Positions 9,369 through 17,725 of a stretch of 32,000 nucleotides of DNA are shown piece after piece. The notes beneath the pieces were generated by a model, which did not search any database, was not told the origin of the DNA, and worked only from the letters and a program-made list of their open reading frames with translations. Both the position numbers and the translations under genes were made by a program. Position 1 is the first letter of the stretch; each line of letters opens with the position of its first letter. Source of the stretch: Candidatus Arthromitus sp. SFB-rat-Yit (GTDB taxonomy: Bacteria > Bacillota > Clostridia > Clostridiales > Clostridiaceae); assembly GCF_000283555.1 (NCBI RefSeq), contig NC_016012.1:1200001-1232000 (forward strand), read 5' to 3'.

Positions 9369-9805
9369 ATTTCTTTCTCTTTACACTTTCCTCTATATTT
9401 AAATTCACTATCTAAAATATTTTTAATTTCCTCTTTAGATTTAGCAGAATTTATTTTTTCCTTTGTTCCCTTAATTTTAGAAATTTTCTCCTCTAATCTC
9501 TTAACCTTATCATTATCATTTTCACTTTTATATTTTTCAATCTCTTTCTCAATAAATGAAATCTTACTATCTAAATGAGCTAAAACATTCTTCTTAGCCT
9601 CATCAAAACTACCATCCTCTAAAAGTTTAATCATAGATTCTTTATGTTTATTGATCATCTTCTTACCATTTAAACACTGCGGACACTCTCTAGATATTTT
9701 TTTATCCATCCCCATTCCTGTAACTGATTGACCTTGAATCACTCCTGCTATAAAAACTAAAACACATCCTAAAATCAAAATAAAATTTTTAATTTTGTTT
9801 TTCAT
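9353..9805 (-). CDS. Small secreted helical protein (E), paralog of the neighbouring 129-aa protein; contains CPQC
   Basis: Start re-set to ATG 9803-9805, 5 nt after TAAGGAGAG. Signal-peptide-like MKNKIKNFILILGCVLVFIAGVIQG. The C-terminal KYKSENDNDKVKRLEEKISKI...KINSAKSKEEIKNIL aligns with protein D. Confidence 0.6.
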   Translation of the reverse strand: MKNKIKNFILILGCVLVFIAGVIQGQSVTGMGMDKKISRECPQCLNGKKMINKHKESMIKLLEDGSFDEAKKNVLAHLDSKISFIEKEIEKYKSENDNDKVKRLEEKISKIKGTKEKINSAKSKEEIKNILDSEFKYRGKCKEKEIKKEQ

Positions 9806-9840
9806 GTTAACTCTCCTTATCATTTTTATTTATTTAAAAT

Positions 9841-10230
9841 TTAAATAACTTCTTTATGCCTAACCTGCATAGCATCTCTTAAATCATCTTTTGTCTTTGC
9901 AGAATTTATATTGCTTAAAATTTTATTCAATCTCTTAATTTCACTCTCATACAATCTAATCTTATCTTCATTATTCTCTTTTTTAAAATCTTCAAGTTTT
10001 GTAACTGTAATCTCCATCATGTTATCTATGTACCCAAGTATGGATCCCCTGATCTCATCAATTGGTGTATTATCCCAATAATCATTTGGATCAACTTCAC
10101 TAACCCCAAGAGAAGCCATTGAATCTTGAGTATTAATACTAACTGCCTCATCTTGTTTATTTGAATATCCAATACAAAACGCTGAACAAACCAAAACTCC
10201 AATAATTGAAAACATAAACATCTTGTTCAT
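9841..10230 (-). CDS. Small secreted helical protein (D), paralog of E
   Basis: AGGAGGGA lies 5 nt before the ATG. Signal-peptide-like MNKMFMFSIIGVLVCSAFCIG. The C-terminal DFKKENNEDKIRLYESEIKRLNKILSNINSAKTKDDLRDAM aligns with protein E. Confidence 0.6.
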   Translation of the reverse strand: MNKMFMFSIIGVLVCSAFCIGYSNKQDEAVSINTQDSMASLGVSEVDPNDYWDNTPIDEIRGSILGYIDNMMEITVTKLEDFKKENNEDKIRLYESEIKRLNKILSNINSAKTKDDLRDAMQVRHKEVI

Positions 10231-10247
10231 AAAATCCCTCCTAAGAT

Positions 10248-10910
10248 TTAATAAATTACACCTTCTGCATAATTTCTCTCTTCACCATCTTTAATAATCA
10301 ATATTTGGTCATTAACTCCATTTTCAAGTCTAAAGCTCGGTCTATACGAAGCTTCCTCAGGATCTTTTGAAAATACTAAAAGCACATTATTTTTATCGCT
10401 GTTATTCCCAAAAATCTGTTTATACAAACCTTCAAGCTCTTCTTCAAATATCCTATCTAAATTTTCAACAACAACTGTACAATGACGAACATTTTCTCCA
10501 TTCTTCTTATATTCAATAGATTCAAACACATTGTAGAATAACTCATTACTTTCATTATCAATTTCATGTTTCAAAATTCTAAGGGTATCTTCTCTTAAAC
10601 TATCTCTAAGCTCGAGTTCTACAAAATTCCTATATTCTTTTTTCAAATCAACTCGAATAGATGGTTCAAACTTATCATAAAACTCTGAATATAATTCATT
10701 CTCAACCTCTACCTTTATCGCACTTTTCATACTATTAAAAACTTTCTGACGCTCCTTATCTATATTGTTTATAATACCAATTATCGCAATACCAACAGAT
10801 ATAAACAAAATAACTAGAACCTTTAACCACTCTTTTTGAAAAATATTTGTCTTGCTTCTCAAAAATTTACTATCATTAGAAACAACATTTCCATTCTCTT
10901 GCTTATACAA
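10248..10910 (-). CDS. Single-pass membrane protein (C), unknown function
   Basis: The track start TTG 10931 has no RBS. TTG at 10908-10910 follows GGAGGAG by 6 nt. One TM helix (WLKVLVILFISVGIAIIGIINNI) is followed by a charged helical segment (DLKKEYRNFVELELRDSLREDTLRILKHEI) and a C-terminal domain. Confidence 0.55.
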   Translation of the reverse strand: MYKQENGNVVSNDSKFLRSKTNIFQKEWLKVLVILFISVGIAIIGIINNIDKERQKVFNSMKSAIKVEVENELYSEFYDKFEPSIRVDLKKEYRNFVELELRDSLREDTLRILKHEIDNESNELFYNVFESIEYKKNGENVRHCTVVVENLDRIFEEELEGLYKQIFGNNSDKNNVLLVFSKDPEEASYRPSFRLENGVNDQILIIKDGEERNYAEGVIY

Positions 10911-10948
10911 CTTTATCTCTCCTCCAAACAATACAAATAAAATATCAC

Positions 10949-11260
10949 TTAAGATTTAATCCATTTTCTCTCAAGCCTAATCTCTTTTATCAAATCCTTT
11001 TTAAGACTTTCCCTAACATCATCTAAAAGCTCAACTCTAAGTTCTTTAAGTACTTCAGACTTTAACGAATCTTTAAGTTTTGCTTTAACTTTCGTTTCAA
11101 CTCCGTTTAAAATCTCTTCTTTAACATCCCTCTTATAATTTGTTACCATATATCTCGAAGACTCTGCCTTCACAAAATTAATTATTGGTATTTGAATAAT
11201 AGTCGATAAAAATAAAACAACAATCGGAATAAGTGCATATTTAAATTTTATAAACTTCAT
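10949..11260 (-). CDS. Small exported or membrane-anchored charged helical protein (B)
   Basis: 103 aa with an RBS (GAGGGAGAAG). The hydrophobic N-terminus ends in VKA-ES. It is followed by a periodic K/E/D/L helix (LKDSLKSEVLKELRVELLDDVRESLKKDLIKEI), weakly similar to the helical segment of C. Confidence 0.55.
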   Translation of the reverse strand: MKFIKFKYALIPIVVLFLSTIIQIPIINFVKAESSRYMVTNYKRDVKEEILNGVETKVKAKLKDSLKSEVLKELRVELLDDVRESLKKDLIKEIRLERKWIKS

Positions 11261-11362
11261 TAAAATCTTCTCCCTCGTTTAATCGTTAGATCTATTTTGG
11301 TATAATTGGATAATTTTAATACATTTGTAAAATTTAAAGTTTTTTGGTTTTTTTTAACGAGA

Positions 11363-11403
11363 TAAAAAAAATATGAAGAATAACTTAACAATTATCTTCA
11401 TAT
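11363..11403 (-). terminator. Rho-independent terminator after the 182-aa lipoprotein gene
   Basis: Minus strand: ATATGAAGA ... TCTTCATAT (a perfect 9-bp stem within 11371-11403) followed by TTTTTTTT (plus-strand A-run 11363-11370). Confidence 0.7.
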
Positions 11404-11414
11404 TTGAAAATCTT

Positions 11415-11963
11415 CTATTTAGTTGTATACAATAAAATATCACTGAACATTGAATCACTCACATTCTTGATTACTTTCTCGTAGTTATCAAACTGAAGTG
11501 ATAAATCTATTTTCCCATTTGGGTGATCATACCTATCTATATTTTTTATCTCCGTTAAATGAATTATTTCTTTTGAATATCCATTATCGGGCGTAAATAC
11601 TATTGAATTTCTTGTAACTTCAAAATTTCCCAAAATATCAACACCATCTAAATTGTATTTACCATAATATGTATTTTTTATATTAGCTAAATCCTCATCC
11701 TTAAATTCCTTTGCTTCAATATATGTACTATTTTCTCCTCTGCTTTCCATGTTTTCTCTCTTATCATAGGAATTCCTAGAAGTATTTCCCGTATCTCTGT
11801 TATAATTTTCAAAAGTTTTTTTATCACTTACACTGCTTAAAGCACTCTCAAACTTATCAACATTCGCACTTTTTGTACAACTAACCATTATGATTAATAT
11901 CAAAACCATACAAAATATAATAATAGGTCTTGTTATATTAAAAGAATTTCTACCATTGTTCAT
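11415..11963 (-). CDS. Lipoprotein (A), unknown function
   Basis: 182 aa with AAGGAG upstream. Signal peptide plus lipobox region RPIIIFCMVLILIIMVSCTKS. A disordered Asn/Ser/Arg-rich linker precedes a compact C-terminal beta-rich domain. Confidence 0.65.
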   Translation of the reverse strand: MNNGRNSFNITRPIIIFCMVLILIIMVSCTKSANVDKFESALSSVSDKKTFENYNRDTGNTSRNSYDKRENMESRGENSTYIEAKEFKDEDLANIKNTYYGKYNLDGVDILGNFEVTRNSIVFTPDNGYSKEIIHLTEIKNIDRYDHPNGKIDLSLQFDNYEKVIKNVSDSMFSDILLYTTK

Positions 11964-12117
11964 TTTTAAAATTCTCCTTTCTTATAATAATAATTTTTGT
12001 TATAATTAGCTTATTTCAATTTAGTTATACTTAAGATTATGTATTATATTTCCAGATTTATCGATATTTTATACTAAATATTTTAAAATTAATAATTTTG
12101 GAGGATCTTTACCTGAG

Positions 12118-13011
12118 ATGAATTTAAATATAATAACTGTTCCTACATTTTATGGATGTGATAAAAAAGGAGTTGAACTAGGCCCTAAAACTCTAATTGT
12201 AAATAATCTTATATCTACTATTGAGAATTGTGGACACAAAATAAATGAAATAATTGATATACCAATAAAAATAGATGATAAAGATAAATTTAACACTAAT
12301 AAACAAATCAAATATTTTGATAAAGTAATACCTATGGTTAAGAATATCTCAAAAATAATTGAAGAAAGCCATAAAAACAATGTATTCCCATTGGTTATAG
12401 GTGGAGATCATTCTATATCTATCGGATCTCTTGCTGGTTTTTCTAAAAGTTTTAACGATACTGGAATAATTTGGGTGGATGCTCATGGAGATTTAAATAT
12501 TCCAAGCTCATCTCCATCGTGTAATGCTCACGGAATGCCTCTTGCTTGCTCTCTTGGATATGGACATAAGGAATTTATATCAATATTTGAAAAAACTATT
12601 GATCCAAAAAATGTATTTTTATTTGGAATACGCTCACTTGATAATTGGGAAAAAGAATTTATAATCAAAAATGAAATGCACGTTTACGATGGAAATTCAT
12701 TCGATAATATCCCTCAAAATACAATGATCGAAACCCTAAATAAATACATAATAAAAAATAATATTAAAAACTTCCATTTATCATTTGATATAGATGTATT
12801 TGATCCTTTTATTGCACCTGGAACTGGTACTCCTGTAAAAAAAGGATTATCTATGGAGAACGTTAAAAATCTTATGGATAAATTATTATCTTCTTTAAAC
12901 ATAGTTTCAATGGATTTTGTTGAATTTAATCCTCTTCTTGATAAAAACAATAAAACATTGAATGCTTGTCTTGAAATTCTTGACTTTACATTTAGGAGGA
13001 TAAACAAATAA
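12118..13011 (+). CDS. rocF: Arginase
   Basis: 297 aa. The ureohydrolase metal-binding motifs GGDHSISIGS, WVDAHGDLN and SFDIDVFDP are present. The arginase-type loop SSSPSCNAHGMPLACSLG is close to B. subtilis RocF TSPSGNIHGMPLAVSLG. Confidence 0.9.
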   Translation: MNLNIITVPTFYGCDKKGVELGPKTLIVNNLISTIENCGHKINEIIDIPIKIDDKDKFNTNKQIKYFDKVIPMVKNISKIIEESHKNNVFPLVIGGDHSISIGSLAGFSKSFNDTGIIWVDAHGDLNIPSSSPSCNAHGMPLACSLGYGHKEFISIFEKTIDPKNVFLFGIRSLDNWEKEFIIKNEMHVYDGNSFDNIPQNTMIETLNKYIIKNNIKNFHLSFDIDVFDPFIAPGTGTPVKKGLSMENVKNLMDKLLSSLNIVSMDFVEFNPLLDKNNKTLNACLEILDFTFRRINK

Positions 13012-13622
13012 TGAGATTATTATTTTTAGATACTGAAACTACGGATAAATCTCCGGGTCAAATATGCCAATTAACATATATAATATATGATACAGATTTA
13101 CCTAAGGAAAATAGAGTTCAAGCAAAAAATTTCTTCTTTTCTGTAGACTTTGTCACAGATACTGCCTATAATGTCCATGGATTTAATATTGATATACTAA
13201 AAAAATTAAGTGGAAATTTGAAATTTAAAGACCTCTACAAATTATTCAAAAAAGATTTATTAGAGAATGATTTCATAATCGGTCACAATGTAAATTTTGA
13301 TATTTCTTTTTTAAAAAGAGAGTTCGATAGAATCGACATTGAATTTAAACCTAAAAATTTGTTTTGCTCTATGAACTATTTTAAAAATATACTCAAACTT
13401 AAAAACTCAATTGGAACAATTAAATCACCAAAATTATCTGAGCTTTTAGATCATCTTAAAATCACTGAAGATAATATCTTAAGCTCCACAACCAAATTAT
13501 TTAATAGTGATGAAACTCATTTCCATGACGCACGGTTTGATACAACAGCACTCTATCTTGCAATTATAAAATCCATTAAGCTTAATTTAATAAGTAATGG
13601 ATTTTTTTCAAGTCAAATATAA
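13011..13622 (+). CDS. DEDDh-family 3'-5' exonuclease (DnaQ/epsilon-like, stand-alone)
   Basis: 203 aa. Exo I LFLDTETTD, Exo II GHNVNFDISFL and Exo III HFHDARFDT motifs are present. The ATG overlaps the rocF stop (TAATG at 13009-13013). Confidence 0.8.
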   Translation: MRLLFLDTETTDKSPGQICQLTYIIYDTDLPKENRVQAKNFFFSVDFVTDTAYNVHGFNIDILKKLSGNLKFKDLYKLFKKDLLENDFIIGHNVNFDISFLKREFDRIDIEFKPKNLFCSMNYFKNILKLKNSIGTIKSPKLSELLDHLKITEDNILSSTTKLFNSDETHFHDARFDTTALYLAIIKSIKLNLISNGFFSSQI

Positions 13623-13643
13623 AATTTACTAGGGGTGTTTTTT

Positions 13644-14990
13644 ATGATTAATGCAAAAAATTATATAAAAGATGTTTACCAAAAGGTTATATCTAAAAAT
13701 CCCTCAGAACTCGAATTTCATCAAGCAGTACACGAAATTCTATTTTCGCTTGAACCTTTATTGGAAAAATATCCAAAATATATAGATCAAAATATATTAG
13801 AAAGAATTGTTGAACCAGATAGATTTATTCAATTTAGAGTAGCATGGGTTGACGATAATGGAAAAACTCAAATTAATAGAGGATTTAGAGTTCAATTTAA
13901 TAATGCAATAGGACCATATAAAGGAGGTCTTCGTTTTCACCCAACAGTTTGCCCTTCTATAATTAAATTTTTAGGTTTTGAGCAAATATTTAAAAATTCA
14001 CTAACATCCCTTCCTATGGGTGGTGGAAAAGGAGGTTCTGACTTCAATCCAAAAGGAAAATCGGATAATGAAATAATGCGATTTTGTCAGGCATTTATGA
14101 GTGAACTTTATAAGTACATCGGCGAAAATATAGATGTTCCTGCTGGAGATATCGGAGTTTCCTCAAAAGAAATCGGATATATGTTTGGAGAATACAAGAA
14201 ACTTAAAAATGATTTTACTGGAGTTCTAACTGGAAAAGGAATTAATTTTGGAGGAAGTCTTGCTCGCACTGAAGCTACCGGATATGGTTTATGCTACTTT
14301 GGAGAAGAAATGCTAAATACATTCTCTAAATCTTTTAAAAACTCTAAAGTTTCTATCTCAGGATCTGGTAATGTTGCAATTTACGCAGCTCAAAAATCTT
14401 ATGAACTTGGTGCAACTGTGGTATCTATGAGCGACTCCTCTGGATACATTTATAATGAAAATGGAATCGATATATCTATTATAAAGGAAATCAAAGAAGT
14501 TAATCATGAAAGAATAAGTAAATATTTAAACTTTGATAAAAGCACAAAATTTGTTCCGAATTTTAAAGAAATTTGGAATGAAAAATGCGATATTGCACTC
14601 CCATGTGCAACACAAAATGAAATAGATGAAGAATCCGCAAAAATATTAGTTAAAAATGGATGTTTCTGTGTTTGTGAAGGATCCAATATGTCATCAACTC
14701 CCGAAGCTATAAAATTATTTTTAGATAACAACATTTTATTTGGACCTTCAAAGGCTGCAAATGCTGGTGGAGTTGCAGTTTCTGGTCTTGAAATGTCACA
14801 AAACTCTCTTAGATATTCATGGCCTTTTAAGGAAGTTGATGACAAACTTAAAAATATAATGAAAAATATATTTACGATTTGTTACGATACGTGTAATGAA
14901 TTCTCTCTTGGAAATAATTTTCTTGCAGGTGCAAATATTTCTGGATTTAAAAAAGTTGGAGATGCAATGATATCTCAAGGTGTATATTAA
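13644..14990 (+). CDS. gdhA: NADP-specific glutamate dehydrogenase
   Basis: GPYKGGLRFHP and LPMGGGKGGSDFNPKGKS motifs and a GSGNVA Rossmann motif are present. The track starts at GTG 13635. ATG 13644 lies 8 nt after AGGGG and gives 448 aa. Confidence 0.95.
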   Translation: MINAKNYIKDVYQKVISKNPSELEFHQAVHEILFSLEPLLEKYPKYIDQNILERIVEPDRFIQFRVAWVDDNGKTQINRGFRVQFNNAIGPYKGGLRFHPTVCPSIIKFLGFEQIFKNSLTSLPMGGGKGGSDFNPKGKSDNEIMRFCQAFMSELYKYIGENIDVPAGDIGVSSKEIGYMFGEYKKLKNDFTGVLTGKGINFGGSLARTEATGYGLCYFGEEMLNTFSKSFKNSKVSISGSGNVAIYAAQKSYELGATVVSMSDSSGYIYNENGIDISIIKEIKEVNHERISKYLNFDKSTKFVPNFKEIWNEKCDIALPCATQNEIDEESAKILVKNGCFCVCEGSNMSSTPEAIKLFLDNNILFGPSKAANAGGVAVSGLEMSQNSLRYSWPFKEVDDKLKNIMKNIFTICYDTCNEFSLGNNFLAGANISGFKKVGDAMISQGVY

Positions 14991-14995
14991 AAATT

Positions 14996-15027
14996 AAACG
15001 GTATGAAAATCTCATACCGTTTTTTTT
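14996..15027. terminator. Bidirectional rho-independent terminator (gdhA and the convergent lipoprotein gene)
   Basis: AAACGGTATGA (14996-15006), loop aaatc, TCATACCGTTT (15012-15022), then a T-run to 15027. An A-rich run precedes it. Confidence 0.8.
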
Positions 15028-15035
15028 ATACAAAA

Positions 15036-15518
15036 TTATTTTACTAACTTCTGTAGGTTTTCAAGAATCTTTGCTGCATTATCAGCTATAATATATCCTT
15101 TTATATTACCCTCAGTAAACTTTTTAACTCCTTTAACAAGTTCATACTGATCAGGTAAATATTTACTCCATGTCACTTCTAAATCTTCTAATCTTTTTGT
15201 AATTCCCTTATCAATTGCATCTGATTGTTCTTTACTTGAAAATTTAAATATTGCTATCTCTGTCGCTTGAACATTCATCATACTCATAGAAAATGTAGCT
15301 TCATCATAGTTAGAAGAAGTTATAGAAGTTAAACTTTCTATTTCACTTGAAGAAATTTGATTCAATTTTGGAAGTTCAACTCCATTTGTTATTTTATCAT
15401 AAACCTCTTTAGTTGAAATAGTAACATTTTTGTTTTTTGCTCCACCACAAGAAACCATAATACCAACCAATAAAAAACACACAAAAACAAATGAAAACCT
15501 TTTTATATTATTAAACAA
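15036..15518 (-). CDS. Lipoprotein, DUF4358-like (tentative)
   Basis: Start re-set to TTG 15516-15518, 6 nt after AGAGGTGG. This gives MFNNIKRFSFVFVCFLLVGIMVSCGG (signal peptide with lipobox-like Cys). The C-terminal region (ATEIAIFKFSSKEQSDAIDKGITKRLEDL...YIIADNAAKI) recalls DUF4358 lipoproteins of Clostridia. Not verified. Confidence 0.6.
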   Translation of the reverse strand: MFNNIKRFSFVFVCFLLVGIMVSCGGAKNKNVTISTKEVYDKITNGVELPKLNQISSSEIESLTSITSSNYDEATFSMSMMNVQATEIAIFKFSSKEQSDAIDKGITKRLEDLEVTWSKYLPDQYELVKGVKKFTEGNIKGYIIADNAAKILENLQKLVK

Positions 15519-15574
15519 AATAAACCACCTCTTTAATTTATTAATCTTATTTTGCATCACATAATTTTTTTTTA

Positions 15575-15606
15575 TACAAAAAAGTACCACACAAATGCAG
15601 TACTTT
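15575..15606 (-). terminator. Probable terminator after pfkA
   Basis: Minus strand: AAAGTAC-TGCA-tttg-TGTG-GTACTTT (11 bp including two G-U pairs) followed by TTT. It overlaps the pfkA stop. Confidence 0.45.
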
Positions 15607-16699
15607 AATCTCCAAATCCGATCCCCATACTCCTAGATATCTTTACTAACTCATGATCAGGATTAACAAATTTCTCATTTCCAATAACATCTTCAAGCTT
15701 TATATATGAAATTTCATCACCATTTAAGCAAACCATATTTCCAAACTTTCCTTCATAAATAAGTCTAGCTGCTGCTGCTCCATACCTAGTTGACAAAACT
15801 CTATCATATGTTGAAGTGTTTCCTCCTCTTTGGATATGGCCAAGTATTGTTGATCTAACTTCTTGGTCAGATATTTTCTTCTCTAAGTCACTTGCGAGCT
15901 TGTTTGCTATTCCTCCAAATCTTATAGGATCTGGTGAATCTTCAACAACTTTTGCAATAACAGTTTCTCCCGAAATAGACTTAGCACCTTCAGACACAAC
16001 TATTAAAGTATATTTATACCCCTTAGCCTTTCTCTCATTTATCTTTTCTATAATTTTATCCAAACTATAGGGTATCTCAGGTATTAAAATTATATGAGCA
16101 TCACCGGCAATACCAGAATGAAGTGCAATCCATCCCGCATTCCTTCCCATAACTTCTGCTATCAAAATTCTATGATGAGATTCAGCTGTTGTATGAAGTC
16201 TATCTAAACAATCAGTAACTATTCCTATTGCTGTATTAAAACCAAAAGTAAAATCCGTAGACCCTAAATCATTATCAATAGTCTTAGGAACCCCCACAAC
16301 ATTAACACCCTTTCGTGCGAAATCTCTTGCTGATGTTAAAGTTCCATCTCCACCAACTATAACTAAGGCATCTACATTTTCCTTTTTTATATTTTCGATG
16401 GCAACGTCCGAAACATCTTTTTTAACCTTTTGTCCATCTTCTTCTACTACATAATCAAAAAGATTATCTTTATTGGAACTCCAAAGTATAGTTCCACCTT
16501 TATGTAAGATATTATCAACTGCACTAATATCAAGGTTCATATAATCATTATTGTACAAACCTCTATATCCAAACCTATACCCTATAACTTCATATCCATA
16601 TTCTAATATAGCTGTTTTTGTTACTGCTCTTATAACTGCATTAAGACCTGGACAGTCTCCTCCACCTGTAAGTATCGCAATTTTCTTTATTTGATTCAT
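15605..16699 (-). CDS. pfkA: 6-phosphofructokinase
   Basis: The true start is ATG 16697-16699, after GGAGGATTACT. This gives MNQIKKIAILTGGGDCPGLNAVIRAV..., 364 aa. GGDGT, PKTIDNDL and MGRNAGWIAL motifs are present. The 37 extra track codons are hydrophobic junk overlapping uppP. Confidence 0.92.
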   Translation of the reverse strand: MNQIKKIAILTGGGDCPGLNAVIRAVTKTAILEYGYEVIGYRFGYRGLYNNDYMNLDISAVDNILHKGGTILWSSNKDNLFDYVVEEDGQKVKKDVSDVAIENIKKENVDALVIVGGDGTLTSARDFARKGVNVVGVPKTIDNDLGSTDFTFGFNTAIGIVTDCLDRLHTTAESHHRILIAEVMGRNAGWIALHSGIAGDAHIILIPEIPYSLDKIIEKINERKAKGYKYTLIVVSEGAKSISGETVIAKVVEDSPDPIRFGGIANKLASDLEKKISDQEVRSTILGHIQRGGNTSTYDRVLSTRYGAAAARLIYEGKFGNMVCLNGDEISYIKLEDVIGNEKFVNPDHELVKISRSMGIGFGD

Positions 16700-16734
16700 A
16701 GTAATCCTCCCAATATCTGAGTACACTGAGATTA

Positions 16735-16763
16735 ATTGTAACATAAAACATAAAATGTGTAAA
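16735..16763 (-). promoter_or_regulatory. Candidate sigma-A promoter of pfkA
   Basis: Minus strand: TTTACA (16758-16763), 17-nt spacer, TACAAT (16735-16740), about 35 nt upstream of the pfkA ATG in the uppP-pfkA gap. Confidence 0.55.
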
Positions 16764-16775
16764 TATGTTAACCCC

Positions 16776-17612
16776 TTATACTTTAATAATATTAAGATTA
16801 ACAAGTACAATAAGAAGTATTGCTATTACTATCCTATAATACGCAAAATATTTCATAGGATATTTTCTCAAAAATTTCATAAAAATATCAACAACTAAAA
16901 GTGCAACCAAAAATGCAACTAAAAATCCAACTATAAGTGCAATTCCATGAGAAAATGTAAAATTTGAATAATCCGTACCTAAAAGTTCATATGCTGATGC
17001 CCCAATCATAGTCGGTATTGCTAAAAAAAATGAAAATTCTGCTGCAAGCTTTGTTGAACATCCAAATATCCAAGCTCCAGATATAGTAGATGATGATCTA
17101 CTCATTCCAGGACACAAAGATAAAACCTGAAAGCATCCAATTCCAAGTGCTTGTTTGAAATTTATGTTTTTTATATCACACGTTTGCTTGTCTACATTTT
17201 TAGTTGAGAAATACTTTTCAACAACTAAAAGTATAATTCCTCCAATAATGAGTCCAAGTGAAACACTAAATGTATTGAATAATTTAGCTTTAATTATATC
17301 ATCTACTAAGACTCCAATAATTGCAGATGGTAAAAATGCTATAATTATATAAAACCACATCTTAAATCCATATTCTTTTAAGTGTATAATCGAATCTATA
17401 ATTTTTTTTCTATACAAAACCATAATAGCAATGATTGCTCCTAATTGTATAACAATCTCATACATATGTGCAAAATTAACACCACTAGTTTCGACAAAGT
17501 TTATTATATCTCCTACAATTATCATGTGACCAGTCGATGATACAGGCAAAAACTCAGTTATACCTTCAACAATTGCAATTATAACTGATTTTAATAATAA
17601 CAAAACCTCCAA
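16776..17612 (-). CDS. uppP: Undecaprenyl-diphosphate phosphatase
   Basis: VEGITEFLPVSSTGHM and PGMSRSSSTISG motifs in a polytopic membrane protein. Start re-set to TTG 17610-17612, 9 nt after AAAGGGGGA. This gives MEVLLLLKSVIIAIVEGITEFLP..., 278 aa. Confidence 0.9.
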   Translation of the reverse strand: MEVLLLLKSVIIAIVEGITEFLPVSSTGHMIIVGDIINFVETSGVNFAHMYEIVIQLGAIIAIMVLYRKKIIDSIIHLKEYGFKMWFYIIIAFLPSAIIGVLVDDIIKAKLFNTFSVSLGLIIGGIILLVVEKYFSTKNVDKQTCDIKNINFKQALGIGCFQVLSLCPGMSRSSSTISGAWIFGCSTKLAAEFSFFLAIPTMIGASAYELLGTDYSNFTFSHGIALIVGFLVAFLVALLVVDIFMKFLRKYPMKYFAYYRIVIAILLIVLVNLNIIKV

Positions 17613-17656
17613 AATATTGTATCCCCCTTTTAAAATTAAGTTAAATATCATTACCT

Positions 17657-17685
17657 ATATTAACATTTTATATTTTTAAATACAA
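17657..17685 (-). promoter_or_regulatory. Candidate sigma-A promoter of uppP
   Basis: Minus strand: TTGTAT (17680-17685), 17-nt spacer, TAATAT (17657-17662), immediately downstream of the TPR-gene terminator. Confidence 0.45.
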
Positions 17686-17717
17686 AAAAACTTTAGGAAA
17701 ATAATTCCTAAAGTTTT
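17684..17717 (-). terminator. Rho-independent terminator after the TPR gene
   Basis: AAAACTTTAGGAA (17687-17699), loop aataa, TTCCTAAAGTTTT (17705-17717), a perfect 13-bp stem. T-rich on both sides. Confidence 0.7.
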
Positions 17718-17725
17718 TAATATTT

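Noticed and set aside
12000-12117. ARG box (ArgR/AhrC operator) upstream of rocF
   Set aside because: I could find no convincing match to the TNTGAATWWWWATTCANW-type palindrome by eye.
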